A DNA stretch of 61,128 nt, the filler included, from Chiloscyllium plagiosum (lineage: Eukaryota), in NCBI RefSeq assembly GCF_004010195.1. It is 3 parts of one record of this genome, joined end to end, with 100 filler letters (N's around TTAATTAATTAA, not from the genome) between each part and the next. Parts side by side here need not be neighbours in the genome. Positions count along the whole stretch, not along the records: positions 1 to 26,007 come from NC_057715.1; positions 26,108 to 36,330 come from NC_057715.1; 1 more part is not named here. One strand, given 5' to 3'. The first letter of the stretch is position 1. Each line of letters starts with the position of its first letter. Position numbers and translations under genes: made by a program. The notes beneath the pieces are model-generated. The model worked only from the letters and a program-made list of their open reading frames with translations, was not told the origin of the DNA and did not search any database. Below are positions 24,812 to 35,761 of this stretch, piece by piece.

Positions 24812-25333
24812 AGACGCCTGTTTACATCAAAGTTCTGCAATTGGAGATACTAAATTGATTGTTGTCATTATACTGCAAGTGTCCTAGTAATAGTAAGTGG
24901 ACAAAGCCTTGATAAGGTACGTACGGGTTTAAAGTCCCTTGGGGTTAGAGTCCCCATAAAAGCAACAAGGTACGTAAATGTGAGGAGGTTTAAAGTCCAT
25001 TGAGCAGGATCTCATAAAAGCAACGCTCACAAATTTTGATGTATGATTGATGTTTTGTAAGTTTTAGAAATTAGATTGGGGAATGTATGGAGGGTGGTAG
25101 AAAAGTCAGCAGCGTTTTGAAAACCAAGACGGTGGTGTTTCAGTGAGAGAGAGTTGGTAGTGGAGAGACCAAAAACTACTGATAAAGCTCGCTGAAAGGG
25201 TCAGTCGCTTGGGTGTATTTCATCCTAACTGACCAGCCACCAGCTTTGTCTTTGATTGGGTTGGTTGTTTGGTTATATTTATATCTAAACTAACTGACTA
25301 CTGGACGGGAGGATTAAAATAAAAATACATAAA

Positions 25334-26007
25334 ATGGAAGGGGAGTTTGATAAAGAGTGTGAAGAATAAGGAGGATGTTCTTCCGATTTAATGTTGCCCA
25401 TAAAACAGCAGTGGGGTAAAGCCAGAAGTCAGTTAGTCAGTGGGCTTGCAAAGAATAAACAAAAAGCAATGATGGAGAAATATGATAAGATTTGGGAGGA
25501 CTTACAGAAACAAGGCAAAGACCCTAAAGATGAGGAGAAGAAGAAAGTATCACTGTTTTTAGGAAAAGCAGAAGAACAAGCTAAATTAGAAGTAGAAGAG
25601 CACATGAAGGGAAAGAAAGGGTCAATATTAGTTAGAAGAAAGTGGACAAAAGAAGGCGGGGAGAAAGAAGAGAGGAGGATTCATCTGCACAACATGACGT
25701 TAGCCTGTATGGCGGTAGAAACATTACAAAAGGGAGTAGGTGGTACTTTTACAACAGATTTGACAAAGGAGATAGGAAAGGCAGGACCGTCTGCGCCATT
25801 ATATCCTAAATTGCCTGTGGTACAATCACCGCCTCCATATCCTGTAATACAAATGCCACTTACGTATGTTCAAGAAGGGGTGTTAGACATGCGAGAAGTA
25901 GGAACAAGAGAGTACAATGTAGTAAAACAGAGACTGGCGGAGGCTGTAGAAGAAAGCATTAGAAAAGTAGAAAAATTAACATTAGAAGTTGATCAGAGGG
26001 TTAAGGA
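25334..26007 (+). pseudogene. gag: ERV-A gag N-terminal part (in-frame TAA at codon 12; runs into the linker)
   Basis: MEGEFDKECEE*GGCSSDLMLPIK... in one frame; late-domain cluster PSAP-LYPKL-PPPY at 25787-25840; located after PBS and leader. Confidence 0.8.
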
Positions 26008-26107
26008 NNNNNNNNNNNNNNNNNNNNNNNNNNNNNNNNNNNNNNNNNNNNTTAATTAATTAANNNNNNNNNNNNNNNNNNNNNNNNNNNNNNNNNNNNN
26101 NNNNNNN
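26008..26107. other. Artificial linker N44-TTAATTAATTAA-N44 (six-frame stop spacer)
   Basis: Exactly 100 nt; identical structure at 36331-36430. Confidence 0.95.
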
Positions 26108-26109
26108 TT

Positions 26110-27552
26110 TGTTTTTATGCCATTTATTATGACCCATGCCCGTCGTGGGATAATGTATTAACATGGACTGGGGTACAATGGACCCCCAAAAGATCGTCAC
26201 CTTCGGATAATAGATGGAACATTCGAGACCATGTGAGCCTGACAAAGGGGCAACTTGATCATTCTTCAGAGTTAAAAAATCCACTTTTGTTAACCCTGAC
26301 AAAATTTGATACTAATCCTAGTCCAAAGGTGGTACAGAGTTACTGTGAGAGTGATGACAGAAGCTTTTATCTTGTAATAGGTGTAGATCAATCTGGAGTG
26401 GATAATATGGGATTATTAAAGGTAACCTTAGCGGACCCTCCTATGAGCCAGCCACAAACTGAGAGTACAAGTATGGAGGTAGAACCAAGTTCAGGAGTTG
26501 TGGTAATAGACCACAACAATCTTACGAGAATGGACATTATTAAATTGGCTACCGGGTATGGGGACAAGAACTTATGGCTGGACTGGATGACAGCGACTGC
26601 AACCTCAATGAATATGAGTAATTGCGTCGCGTGTTCTTCGGCAAGGCCGACTCTATTTACTACCCCGGCCCCATTGCTCCCTAACATAGACCCAATCGGA
26701 TTTCACTGTATGATGGCCCTCACTATGCAAGCGAACCCTCCAAATTGTACCACATTAAGTGCTATTTTCCCACCTGTAAAGAATTCTGTATTGCCTCCAG
26801 TGTTTACACCAAGAGCCAACAATTACACTTGTTTTGCTCGAAAGTCAAATATTGTCTTGGGAGACATGCCCGCTGACTGGTGTCAGGACACAATTAATGT
26901 AACCGGCTGGCAGAACGCTAGCACAATGGTTTGGGCCAGAGCTGATATTTTTTGGTACTGTGGAGATAGAACACTGCATATTAGTCTACCCCCAGATTGG
27001 TCTGGAACCTGTGCAATGGTTAGGTTAGGGGTACCCTTATTCCTTTTGGGAGAACAACGACAGGGAATAAATCCGTATACACGAATTCGTAGGGATTTGT
27101 TTGATGTCACATCTGGCTCAACCATTTACATAGATGCAATAGGTGTTCCCCGTGGTGTACCTGATGAATATAAATTGGCAGACCAGATAGCAGAAGGGTT
27201 TGAGAATCTCCCAATTATCGGGGTTTTATTCCCAGTTACGCCGAATAAAAACGTTGACCGAATTAATTATGTACATTACAATGTACTTAGGCTCGCCAAT
27301 AGAACTAGAGACACGGTGGCGGGACTTTCTGAACAATTGGCAGCAACCTCATTGATGACAGTACAAAATAGAATGGCCTTAGATATGTTGCTAGCAGAAA
27401 AGGGGGGAGTGTGCTCTATGTTTGGAGATCAATGTTGTATGTTCATCCCCAACAATGCGGCACCTGATGGTTCGGTCACCAGAGCCTTGGAAGGACTAAG
27501 AATTTTGTCTGAAGAAATGCATGAACACTCGGGTATTTACAACCGTCTATGA
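26110..27552 (+). CDS. env: ERV-A Env ectodomain (SU plus TM ectodomain), open from the linker to a TGA before the anchor
   Basis: 480 uninterrupted codons with CVAC (CxxC), furin site RIRR (27082-27093), IDAIGVPRGVPDEYK, ISD-like TVQNRMALDMLLAEKGG and CX6CC (CSMFGDQCC). The start codon is hidden in the gap. Confidence 0.85.
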   Translation, partial: CFYAIYYDPCPSWDNVLTWTGVQWTPKRSSPSDNRWNIRDHVSLTKGQLDHSSELKNPLLLTLTKFDTNPSPKVVQSYCESDDRSFYLVIGVDQSGVDNMGLLKVTLADPPMSQPQTESTSMEVEPSSGVVVIDHNNLTRMDIIKLATGYGDKNLWLDWMTATATSMNMSNCVACSSARPTLFTTPAPLLPNIDPIGFHCMMALTMQANPPNCTTLSAIFPPVKNSVLPPVFTPRANNYTCFARKSNIVLGDMPADWCQDTINVTGWQNASTMVWARADIFWYCGDRTLHISLPPDWSGTCAMVRLGVPLFLLGEQRQGINPYTRIRRDLFDVTSGSTIYIDAIGVPRGVPDEYKLADQIAEGFENLPIIGVLFPVTPNKNVDRINYVHYNVLRLANRTRDTVAGLSEQLAATSLMTVQNRMALDMLLAEKGGVCSMFGDQCCMFIPNNAAPDGSVTRALEGLRILSEEMHEHSGIYNRL

Positions 27553-27810
27553 GGACTGTTCGATTCATGGTTTGGGAAATGGAAGGGATTAATTGCCTCT
27601 GTGTTTATGTACCTCGGAGGTATGATTATTGTGTTAGTGTTGTGCGGATGTTGTTGTATTCCCTGTATTAGATCTTTGTTAAACAGGGTAATTATTACAG
27701 CAATTGAAGGGAAGGCTCCCCCGTCTTACCAGATGTCACAGATGGAGACGGAAACCATGGCTTTAGCAAGGAGGGAGGACTATGCATCAGAGAGCGAATA
27801 TGATGTATAG
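27553..27810 (+). pseudogene. env: ERV-A Env membrane-proximal region, TM anchor and tail (in frame beyond the stop)
   Basis: GLFDSWFGKWKGLIASVFMYLGGMIIVLVLCGCCCIPCIRSLL...YDV* in the same frame as the ectodomain. Confidence 0.85.
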
Positions 27811-27821
27811 AACTGGTTGGT

Positions 27822-28497
27822 TGTAAATATATTCCTTACTTTAAAAACAGAAGGCTGGCTGTGACTATGGATGGATTCAGCACTCAAAACCCTGTGGTGA
27901 CTCTGTAACCCAAGCAGGGGGGGTGGTCACGTGACGTCCCCGTCTCGCACCCGGAAGAGTGCGGGGTGGTCACGTGACGTCCCCATCTCGCACCCGGAAG
28001 AGTGCGGGGTGGTCACGTGGCGTCCCGTTTCGCACCCCGGAAGAGGGTGGGCGATCACGTGATGTTCTGTTTCGCGCCTCGGAAGTGGGTCGAGGAGGTC
28101 ACGTGATGCTCCATTTTGCGGGCAAAAGAAGGTCACGTGGGGTCGGACAGCTAGGAATGCGAGGAGGCGGGGAATGGAGTCAGATTAACACCCAATCAGA
28201 AGATAATTCTACCTCGGGGTAGATTATTACCTGGGTGGGAGGAGTCTTTGATGATGGTGGCTGGGGCAGGGACAAAACGAGGTCTTACTTTTTGAACTGA
28301 TACACTTTGTAGTTTGTCAGGGACAAAGAGGTTTAGACCCAGAGCTCTGAATGCTTTGTTCACTTACTGTGTAAAATAAATTAAGAGTGTGAGACCGAAT
28401 ATCTTCTCCTATTGCTTCATTTAAAAGAACACGCAGGACTTGGCTCACACATAGAAGAAAGTAAATTTAAATTGGTAGATTGAGCCAAAGTCCAACA
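27822..28497 (+). repeat. ERV-A 3' LTR (676 bp; one extra enhancer unit, TATA region replaced)
   Basis: Colinear with the 5' LTR except for one extra 43-bp unit and the 28216-28260 replacement; AATAAA at 28375-28380. Confidence 0.95.
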
Positions 28498-28984
28498 CAG
28501 CGCAGGCATTGTTGATGATGAGCTGGCTCGGGACTAATACACTCTCTTTAAGCTATATCTTTTGATTTTTTTAAATTCTTAAACTATTCGAAACGTCGCT
28601 AGGTTTTGATGACAGTGGAAAATCTTTTCACTGTATTTTACTGGTTTTCTCACTTTAAAATACACATGACAGTAAAATCATTCATTCATTCAAAAACCCA
28701 CCATTGATGTTTCCTGCGCTACATTCCCCAATGCCTGACACCATTTGACACCCTGATGAAATTTGCATCCCGACATGACCCACAACACCGTCCATTCTAG
28801 ACTCCACCCTGCTGGACTTGGTATTTTTCTCCCGCTGCTGGAATTACCACTTAACAAGCATACCATGCATTGGGCTTCCCTGGCACCTTAGACTCTCACT
28901 TACTGTTCATACTTAGCTTTCCTCAGTCACTGTCAAAATAGTTTCGAGACCTTTAATCCCTGAAACCCAGTCCAATCCATCATG

Positions 28985-29362
28985 CGAGCCAACCATCCCT
29001 CCATTGACTCTATCTATACTTCTCGCTGCCTTGCAATGGCAGCCACCATCATCAAAGACTCCTCCCACCCAGGTAATAATCTCTTTCAACCTCTTCCATT
29101 GGGCAGAAGATACAAATGCTTGAACACACGGATCAGCAGATTCAAGAACAGCTTCTTCCCCACCGTTGTTAGACATCTGAATGGACCTCTCAAATTTTAA
29201 ATTTAACGTTGATCTCGTTGTTTGTGCACCTTCTCTTCAGCCGTAACATTGTGTACTTCGCTCAGTTCTATGACCCTAAAGTACGTTGCATGGTATGATC
29301 TGTTGGTACTGCATACAAAACAAAACTTTTCACTGTTCCTAGGTACGTGACAATAATAAATA
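28985..29362 (+). mobile_element. Rex1/Babar-like LINE 3' end
   Basis: PSIDSIYTSRCL...IIKDSSHPGNNLFQPLPLGRRYK..TRISRFKNSFFP, the typical Rex1-group C-terminus; tail cttttcactgt...tgacaataataaa. Confidence 0.8.
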
Positions 29363-30769
29363 CATCAGATCAAGTGAAGAGCTATACCAGACTCAAAATT
29401 CTAACCCTGCTTTGCCGCAGCTAGAGCCGGACCCAACTGACGATTAATTTGCTGATTCTCAGGTGCCATTTTTGGCTGTTGGGCCTACCTCTGTTTCTCT
29501 CTCAAAAGGTGCTACCAGACCTATTGAGTTTTTCCAGCATTCCCTGTCTATGTTTGATTATGTAAATCTGTTTACTATTAATTTTTAATTTTTACTGTGC
29601 TAGATTAGTAAACCTAGGGAACAGGCCCACACAAAAGCAAGTAACTGTAGAAAGAGCTAGAAGCCTGGAATGAGGCATCTAGTAGACCATTTAAAGTACT
29701 GTGAATAAAATGTGTTCCATGCATAGGAACTTGTGTCATCTCTACATAGATGAAAAATGTAAAACTTACAACAGAAAGCTCTTCCAAAGAGATGTCTAAT
29801 GCATGAGGGACACAATGGCTTTCTGTCGAGCTATGGGTTCCATGAAACAGCGTGCTGACTTTTCTGCTGAGAAGAGCAAGTCAGTAACATTACAAAGAAA
29901 GATTGACAATGATGTTGCATTTCTACCTGCTTAAGTGTTCAATGGTAATCAAATCCAATCTGCACTTACTCAAATGGTGGAATGAAATTCTTTGCAAAAG
30001 TGCTTATGGCCTTTTCCAGATATTGCACAGAGAAAATCTTTGCCTAAAGTTATTAAAGAATAATAATGAAATGACAATGGTTGAGAAAATTCTAATTTAT
30101 TTGATACTATCTGTGTTTTTAGTCTTGTGTAATATCTATATCCAGTGGAAGATGAGGTTTTCAGCACAATAGTTTATCATGCAGCAGGGAAAGATACCAT
30201 TTATTTGCAGACATAGTACACTACCAAAGAATGAACACCTAATGCTAAAACACATCCTCTAGAACATCACAGATGCATTTAAAGGGTGTTAGCTAGGTAT
30301 ACGAGGGAGAGTAGAACATAGAGTTATGCTGCTGGAGTTAGATGAGGCAATATGTTAATAAATTATATATTAGACATAATATTTTAATGGTTCAGGCAGA
30401 GAGGCTAAGAGTAATGTATCCAAGTTTCCTAACAATGGAATGTTAGGTGGAAATGTGGAATGTGGAAAGGAAGTCACAAAAAGGCTATGAAGAGACAGTT
30501 TTTGACTGATTGGGCATCCAGGTTCCAGACAGAAGTGTTATGTGTGCAAGTGTGAGGTTATTCGCTTTGGCAGGAGGAATAAAAAGAGAATATTTTCTTA
30601 AAATTGGTGAAATCTTCAAGTTTTGATGCTCAGAGAGAATTGAATGATCTCATTCAAGGCACAGACAGAGTTAGCATACAGGCATAGCCTGCAATTATAA
30701 AGACAAACATGCTTAATTTTATTACCAAGTATTTGGAGCACAAGAGGAAAAAAATGAAGTAAAAATCAA

Positions 30770-30860
30770 AATTGCTGGAAAAGCTCAGCAAGTCTGGCAG
30801 CACCTGTAGAAAAATATCAGAGTTAACATTTCAGATCGAGTGACCCTTCCTCAGAACTGA
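30770..30860 (-). mobile_element. Short Penelope-derived repeat with hammerhead motif (30821-30858)
   Basis: Reverse complement: agtt-CTGAGGA-a-gggtc(actc)gatct-GAAA-tg-TT-aact. Confidence 0.65.
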
Positions 30861-30872
30861 ATAATTTTTTGT

Positions 30873-31192
30873 GGGCAGCACGGTGGCACAGTGGTTAGCA
30901 CTGCTGCCTCACAGCGCCAGAGACCTGGGTTCAATTCCCGCCTCAGGCGACCGACTGTGTGGAGTTTGCACATTCTCCCCGTGTCTGCGTGGGTTTCCTC
31001 CGGGTGCTCCGGTTTTCTCCCACAGTCCAAAGATGTGCAGGTCAGGTAAATTGGCCATGCTAAATTGCCCGTAGTGTTAGGTAAGGGGTAAATGTAGGGG
31101 TATGGGTGGGTTAAGCTTCGGCGGGTCGGTGTGGACTTGTTGGGCGGAAGGGCCTGTTTCCACACTGTAATGTAATCTAATGTAATGTAATC
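30873..31192 (+). mobile_element. Full-length HE1-like V-SINE
   Basis: gggcagcacggtggcacagtggttagc (A box), ggttcaattcc (B box), V-domain core, (tgtaa/tctaa)n tail. Confidence 0.9.
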
Positions 31193-31689
31193 TTAAAAAG
31201 TCAGTTGTATAGGACTTGAGTGAGGCCATGTTCAGCAGTACTGTGCACAGTTTTGCTCTAAGGAAAGTTATTCTTACATTGGAAGTGGTGTAGCAAAGAG
31301 TCACTGGACTAGTTTCTGGAGAGTGATGAAAGCTGAAGTAAATTAGGTCTACATTTTCTGAAGTTTAGAAGCAAGGGAGTCAATCTCAATAAAACATGCA
31401 AGATTCTGAAGAGGCTTAATAGGATAGATACTGAGCTTTTGCTTCCCCTGGGCAGAAAATCCAGAAAACAAGGCCAGAGTCTCAGGATAGGTAAAGGGCC
31501 TGAGATAAGGAGAAATTTCTTCTTGCAGAGATTTGTGAACCTTTGGAATTTTTTCCCTCAAAGCTTTGAGAGAGAAAGCAGTGATCAAGTGGGAAGTGAA
31601 ACAGGCAGAGAAATGAACCTGCACAGCTGCCTGACCAGGGGGTAAACCTACATAGCTGGCTGCCTCTGCAGTTTGGTTTCAACAATCTC

Positions 31690-31890
31690 TGGATGGAATG
31701 AGTTGCCAGAGGAAGTGGTGGATGCTGGTACAATTGCAACATTTAAAAGGCATCTGGATGGCTACATGATTAGCAAGTATTTAGGGGGATATGGGCCAAA
31801 TCCTGACAAATAGGACTTGATTTTTTAGGATATCTGGTCGGCATGGATGAATTGGACTGAAGGGTCTGTTACCAAGCTGTACTGCTCTAT
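31690..31890 (+). mobile_element. CR1-type LINE 3' end
   Basis: tggaatgagttgccagaggaagtggtggatgctggtacaattgcaacatttaaaagg. Confidence 0.8.
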
Positions 31891-31904
31891 CCTTCAGAGC
31901 AGCT

Positions 31905-32170
31905 GCAAAATTGAGGGCCTGTCTGTTATCTCAGGTGGACATTGAAGATGTCAAGATACTCTGTCAAACTGACCTGACCAATATTTATCCATCATCAACC
32001 AACATCAGTTAAACAGACTATCTGGTAATTACCACATTCTGGTTTGTGGGATCTTGAGTGTGAATTGGTGGTATATTTCTCTGTTTGAGTGTAGTGACTA
32101 CACTTTCACAAGATTTCATTCGTTGCAAACTTGTGATGCCATGAATTTGTGAAAAGTGCATCAGAAGCTG
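31905..32170 (+). mobile_element. Old Deu-domain-type SINE remnant
   Basis: gaccaatatttatcc...aaccaacatc...tatctggtaattaccacattctggtttgtggga resembles SacSINE1/AmnSINE-type bodies as recalled; not verified by search. Confidence 0.45.
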
Positions 32171-34843
32171 ACTATTTTTAAAACTAGTTCAGGAGTTGAT
32201 ATTAATTAGGATTTCAATCAAAATGTATTTAATTCAATTTGTTCCTGGATCAATTCATATTTCAACAATGTGTTGCACTCACCAGGAAAATGTGGCTCAT
32301 CCACAGCTGCCTGCACTAATACTTATATTTTTTATCACTTTGTTTCGGTTTAACAATTCTATTAAACAATTAATAATCAAAACCTTCAATTGATTGCACT
32401 TGCAATTAAAAGTTCCTTCTCATTTAATCTTGATTTTAATTCCACTTTTATAAATTACAACAGCTTCACCTATGGGTCCATGTGATGTCACAAGCCAATT
32501 AAATTGGATTCTGTGGTTTCACTTTCACTTTTTACTTTTTTTTTAACTCTTTCCCTATTTTTTAAAGGGAGGGCCTTTGCATCCATAGTCATAAGCACTA
32601 ACTCTCCTTGCCACCCAATTATACCTGGTGTCTTTCTGGCTACCAGAGGCAGAATGGCATCCCTCCATCCACCTACCATACAGTAGCAGGGGCTATTGGT
32701 CCTTGTTCTCCAGATCACACACATTTCACCACAATGGGGAAGATGGATGGGAAACAGAAGAGATGGGGACAGGCACTAAGACCACTCTATATCAGGAAAA
32801 TAAATGGAAATGATTTCCTTATCACTTGTAAAGACAAGGCAAAGGGCAGCTGTGGATTGTTCACTTGGAGCGATATACTTCAAAGAACAAATGATTGCCT
32901 GCTAATGTGTGTGAGTTTGACACGATTTTTGAATCTGTTTTATTTCTAGCTCAGCTCTGTGTAGCTTTTGAGATTAATGCTTTGAGAAACATTAGTCGCT
33001 GAAGAAGATTGACTGAATAATTTCAAAAATGAACTGACAGCCTGAGTTCAAAAAACTGTCTTATTCAATATTTATTAAAAAGTTTCAGCATACCAGGTTA
33101 TAGATGTCATTTCAATACAGTTGAGTCATTGAGAAATTTTATTCCAGGAAAAATATGTACTGAAAGAAAATGACTAGATCCAATAGCTGTAACTCATTAA
33201 ATTATTGATGCCGGCATTCTCTTGTGTAGTGCATTCAGTTATGGTTTTTGAGAATGTGATCTACAGCAGCAGTCATGGGTTAACTTGCAGAACTTGATAA
33301 CACATGACTGTATTTATAGACGGTAGTCTTTAGGAGACATTGGGGAATAAGGTGATGTCTTTTTTTCCCAATTCACAGATGTTTTGCTAATTGGATCAAA
33401 TTCTAAGAAGAACTTATTTGTTCCATTACTGCAAAATAAATAATTGAAGGTACAAAACATCATAAATGTTGTTTAATCAAGAAATCTCACTAGAGTTTTG
33501 AAGTCCAGAGAGTTTGAAGCCAATATTTTGTGTTTTCCCATCTTTGAATCTCTTAGGTCTCAAGACAGGAACAAAAGTACACTTCTGTTAGCCTGGATGA
33601 ATCCATCAGTAATGTGAGTGTGAGATGTATTATTTATCTAGACAAATATCATCCACTGTTCCATAATATGGTCAGCTAAATTCATCAAAGGATTAACCAG
33701 AGATCTTCCTCTTGTCTTCTCTTCTCTATACATGATGGCACCTCATATCCAATGCAACATTGTAATACTTAAGCATTTCTATCTCTTTTGAGGTCTTGCA
33801 ATGTTTATAAAACTAATACATTGTCGAGCATTGTCTGTCTCACAGTGATTCAGTGGAATGATTCCCTTAATAACTCTGAAATCAACCACTAAATACTAAA
33901 AACAAAAACATGCTAATTTCTGAAATTCACAAAGTGCAGTTCATAGTATCATACAGTACAGAAGAGGACTTTTGGCTCACCAAGTCTGTGCTGACAAAAA
34001 AAGACTACTCTACATCTTCACTTTCTTACACTTGGCTCATAGCCTTGAATGTGACTCTCAACTCTGATGCAAAATCAATTGGACAGAGTCTGCTGTTGGA
34101 CATAAGTTCAATTCACCTTCTTACAGAGGGTTCCTTTGAAAATATCCATCAGTTATCTCTGGATATTAAACAGATTCATGCATGGTAGTTTGATTCAGCT
34201 CAAACAGTGTAAATTACTCACTGAAATTCAAAAGCACGTGTAACTTGTTGAATTGTCTGTTTGCATACACAAATTTTACAAAACTATACATTTTTAAAAT
34301 GCTTTGTTCCCTCTCGCTTTCCATTTTGCTACAGCAAATTTTATATGAAATAATAGAAAAACCCATTAAAATGGCTGGTGAAAATTTGCTTTGCACATGC
34401 TCCTTGCCGATATGGCTGCCAATTCTTCTTTGCTGTGTAATATTAAGCATAAACTTTCAGATGAGTTTCGATGATTTCCATGTGCATACCTATCAGCCTT
34501 TTCCTGTATGCCACCCCAACAAAGTCCTCATTCGAGACCCTGGATCAGAATTAATGTATAAATGCACCTTCAGCAAAGTTGATACCTGAGCTACCCTTAC
34601 CCCCATGTCCTGACTGTGGGCTACATGTGCTACATATGAAGCCCCTCCCCATGCCCGCCTTTAAAGTAGGCACAATATCCATATCTCAGCTGGTGGCCGC
34701 AAGTATGAGAGTGCATGACAGCATTTCATCTTCATTGCCATCCCCCAACACTTCCAGCTCTTTCTCTATCACCACCAGCTGCTCAGGCTGTTCTTGGGTC
34801 ACTGAAAGGAGAAAAGAACACAGCTAAGATTGTACTGATGCTG

Positions 34844-34983
34844 ATTGGCCATAGTGTTAGGTGCATTAGTCAGAGAGAAATGGGTCTGGGTAGGTTACTC
34901 TTCGGAGGGTCACTCTTTGGAGGGTCGGTGTGGACTGGTTGGGCCGAAGGGACTGTTTCCACACTGCAGGGAATCTAATCTAG
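34844..34983 (+). mobile_element. HE1-like SINE 3' half
   Basis: Matches 6040-6152. Confidence 0.7.
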
Positions 34984-35761
34984 TCTTATCAAGGAGAGCC
35001 AAAGGATACATGCTTGCCACCACCGCAGTTTGTACATCAGAGGAGATTGTACAGTGAGACAGCCTAATGCTTGGAGCAATCAGGGAGGCAGAATCAGGCA
35101 AGGCCACTGTTGGCATTTCATCTATGATGCTCAGAGGGGATGGAGACTAGATAAAACTTCTCAGGCCATATGCTTGATATGAAGCAAATATTGTAAGTGC
35201 TGACTATATGTATAAATGTAATGAGTAATGTACGGCATTGATAGAAACTTATTTGATTTGACACCTTATGTACTTTGAACGTTGTAGTGTACTTTTATGA
35301 AGAGATATGCTTTTGAAAAAAAACTCAAGGATTTAAGAGGTATGGGGATATGAGGAAAGTTAGATATGACTATGCCATATCTACAATGTTTTGAGCCCCC
35401 CCCCCCATTGTTGGCCCATTAACCCATCTCATTTACATTTGCCTGTTTTACATATCCATGATCCTGACACTTAGAAGATTTGTTGTATCAGTGAATGGGA
35501 GCAAGCATTCTTCCCGTCTGCATAGTGGTCCAGCAAAAATGAAAATATTGTTTTAATTAATCTGTTTTGAAATGGCATTTAGTATTCATGTATTTGTATC
35601 CCCTCCTCACCCCTTTTTCCCATCAACTGCCTTCTTTACAGTCCGTGAAAATTAATCTGAGTCCGTCTGCTCCTTAAAATATAACTGCTGACTTTTCATT
35701 TCAAATTTCTTTAAAAACATTCAATGGAAAATTCAATGACGCTTAGTTAAATCTCAGGAAA

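Larger units (their letters stand above)
24072..28497 (+). mobile_element. Endogenous retrovirus ERV-A (gamma-type Env), two-LTR provirus
   Basis: TG...CA LTRs at both ends, 4-bp TSD CAGC (24068-24071 / 28498-28501), PBS, gag and env. The gag-C/pol/env-N portion is hidden by the 26008-26107 linker. Confidence 0.95.
23300..28692 (+). mobile_element. Composite non-autonomous element (same architecture as 15694-17146), split by a CR1 fragment and by ERV-A
   Basis: caagatggtggc head, pyrimidine tract and repeated aagatggcacctga; resumes after the ERV and ends cttttcactgtatt...atacacatgacagtaaaatcattcattcattca. Confidence 0.5.
30280..31570 (+). mobile_element. Degraded CR1-type LINE pieces interrupted by a Penelope-derived repeat and a SINE
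   Basis: RT C-terminal remnants (aagtgtgaggttattcgctttgg; gagataaggagaaatttcttcttgcagag). Confidence 0.55.

Noticed and set aside
25334..27810. ERV-A as a naturally pol-less gag-env element
   Set aside because: The missing part coincides with an artificial linker.
30873..30950. tRNA gene
   Set aside because: The A/B boxes are the head of a SINE; there is no complete cloverleaf.
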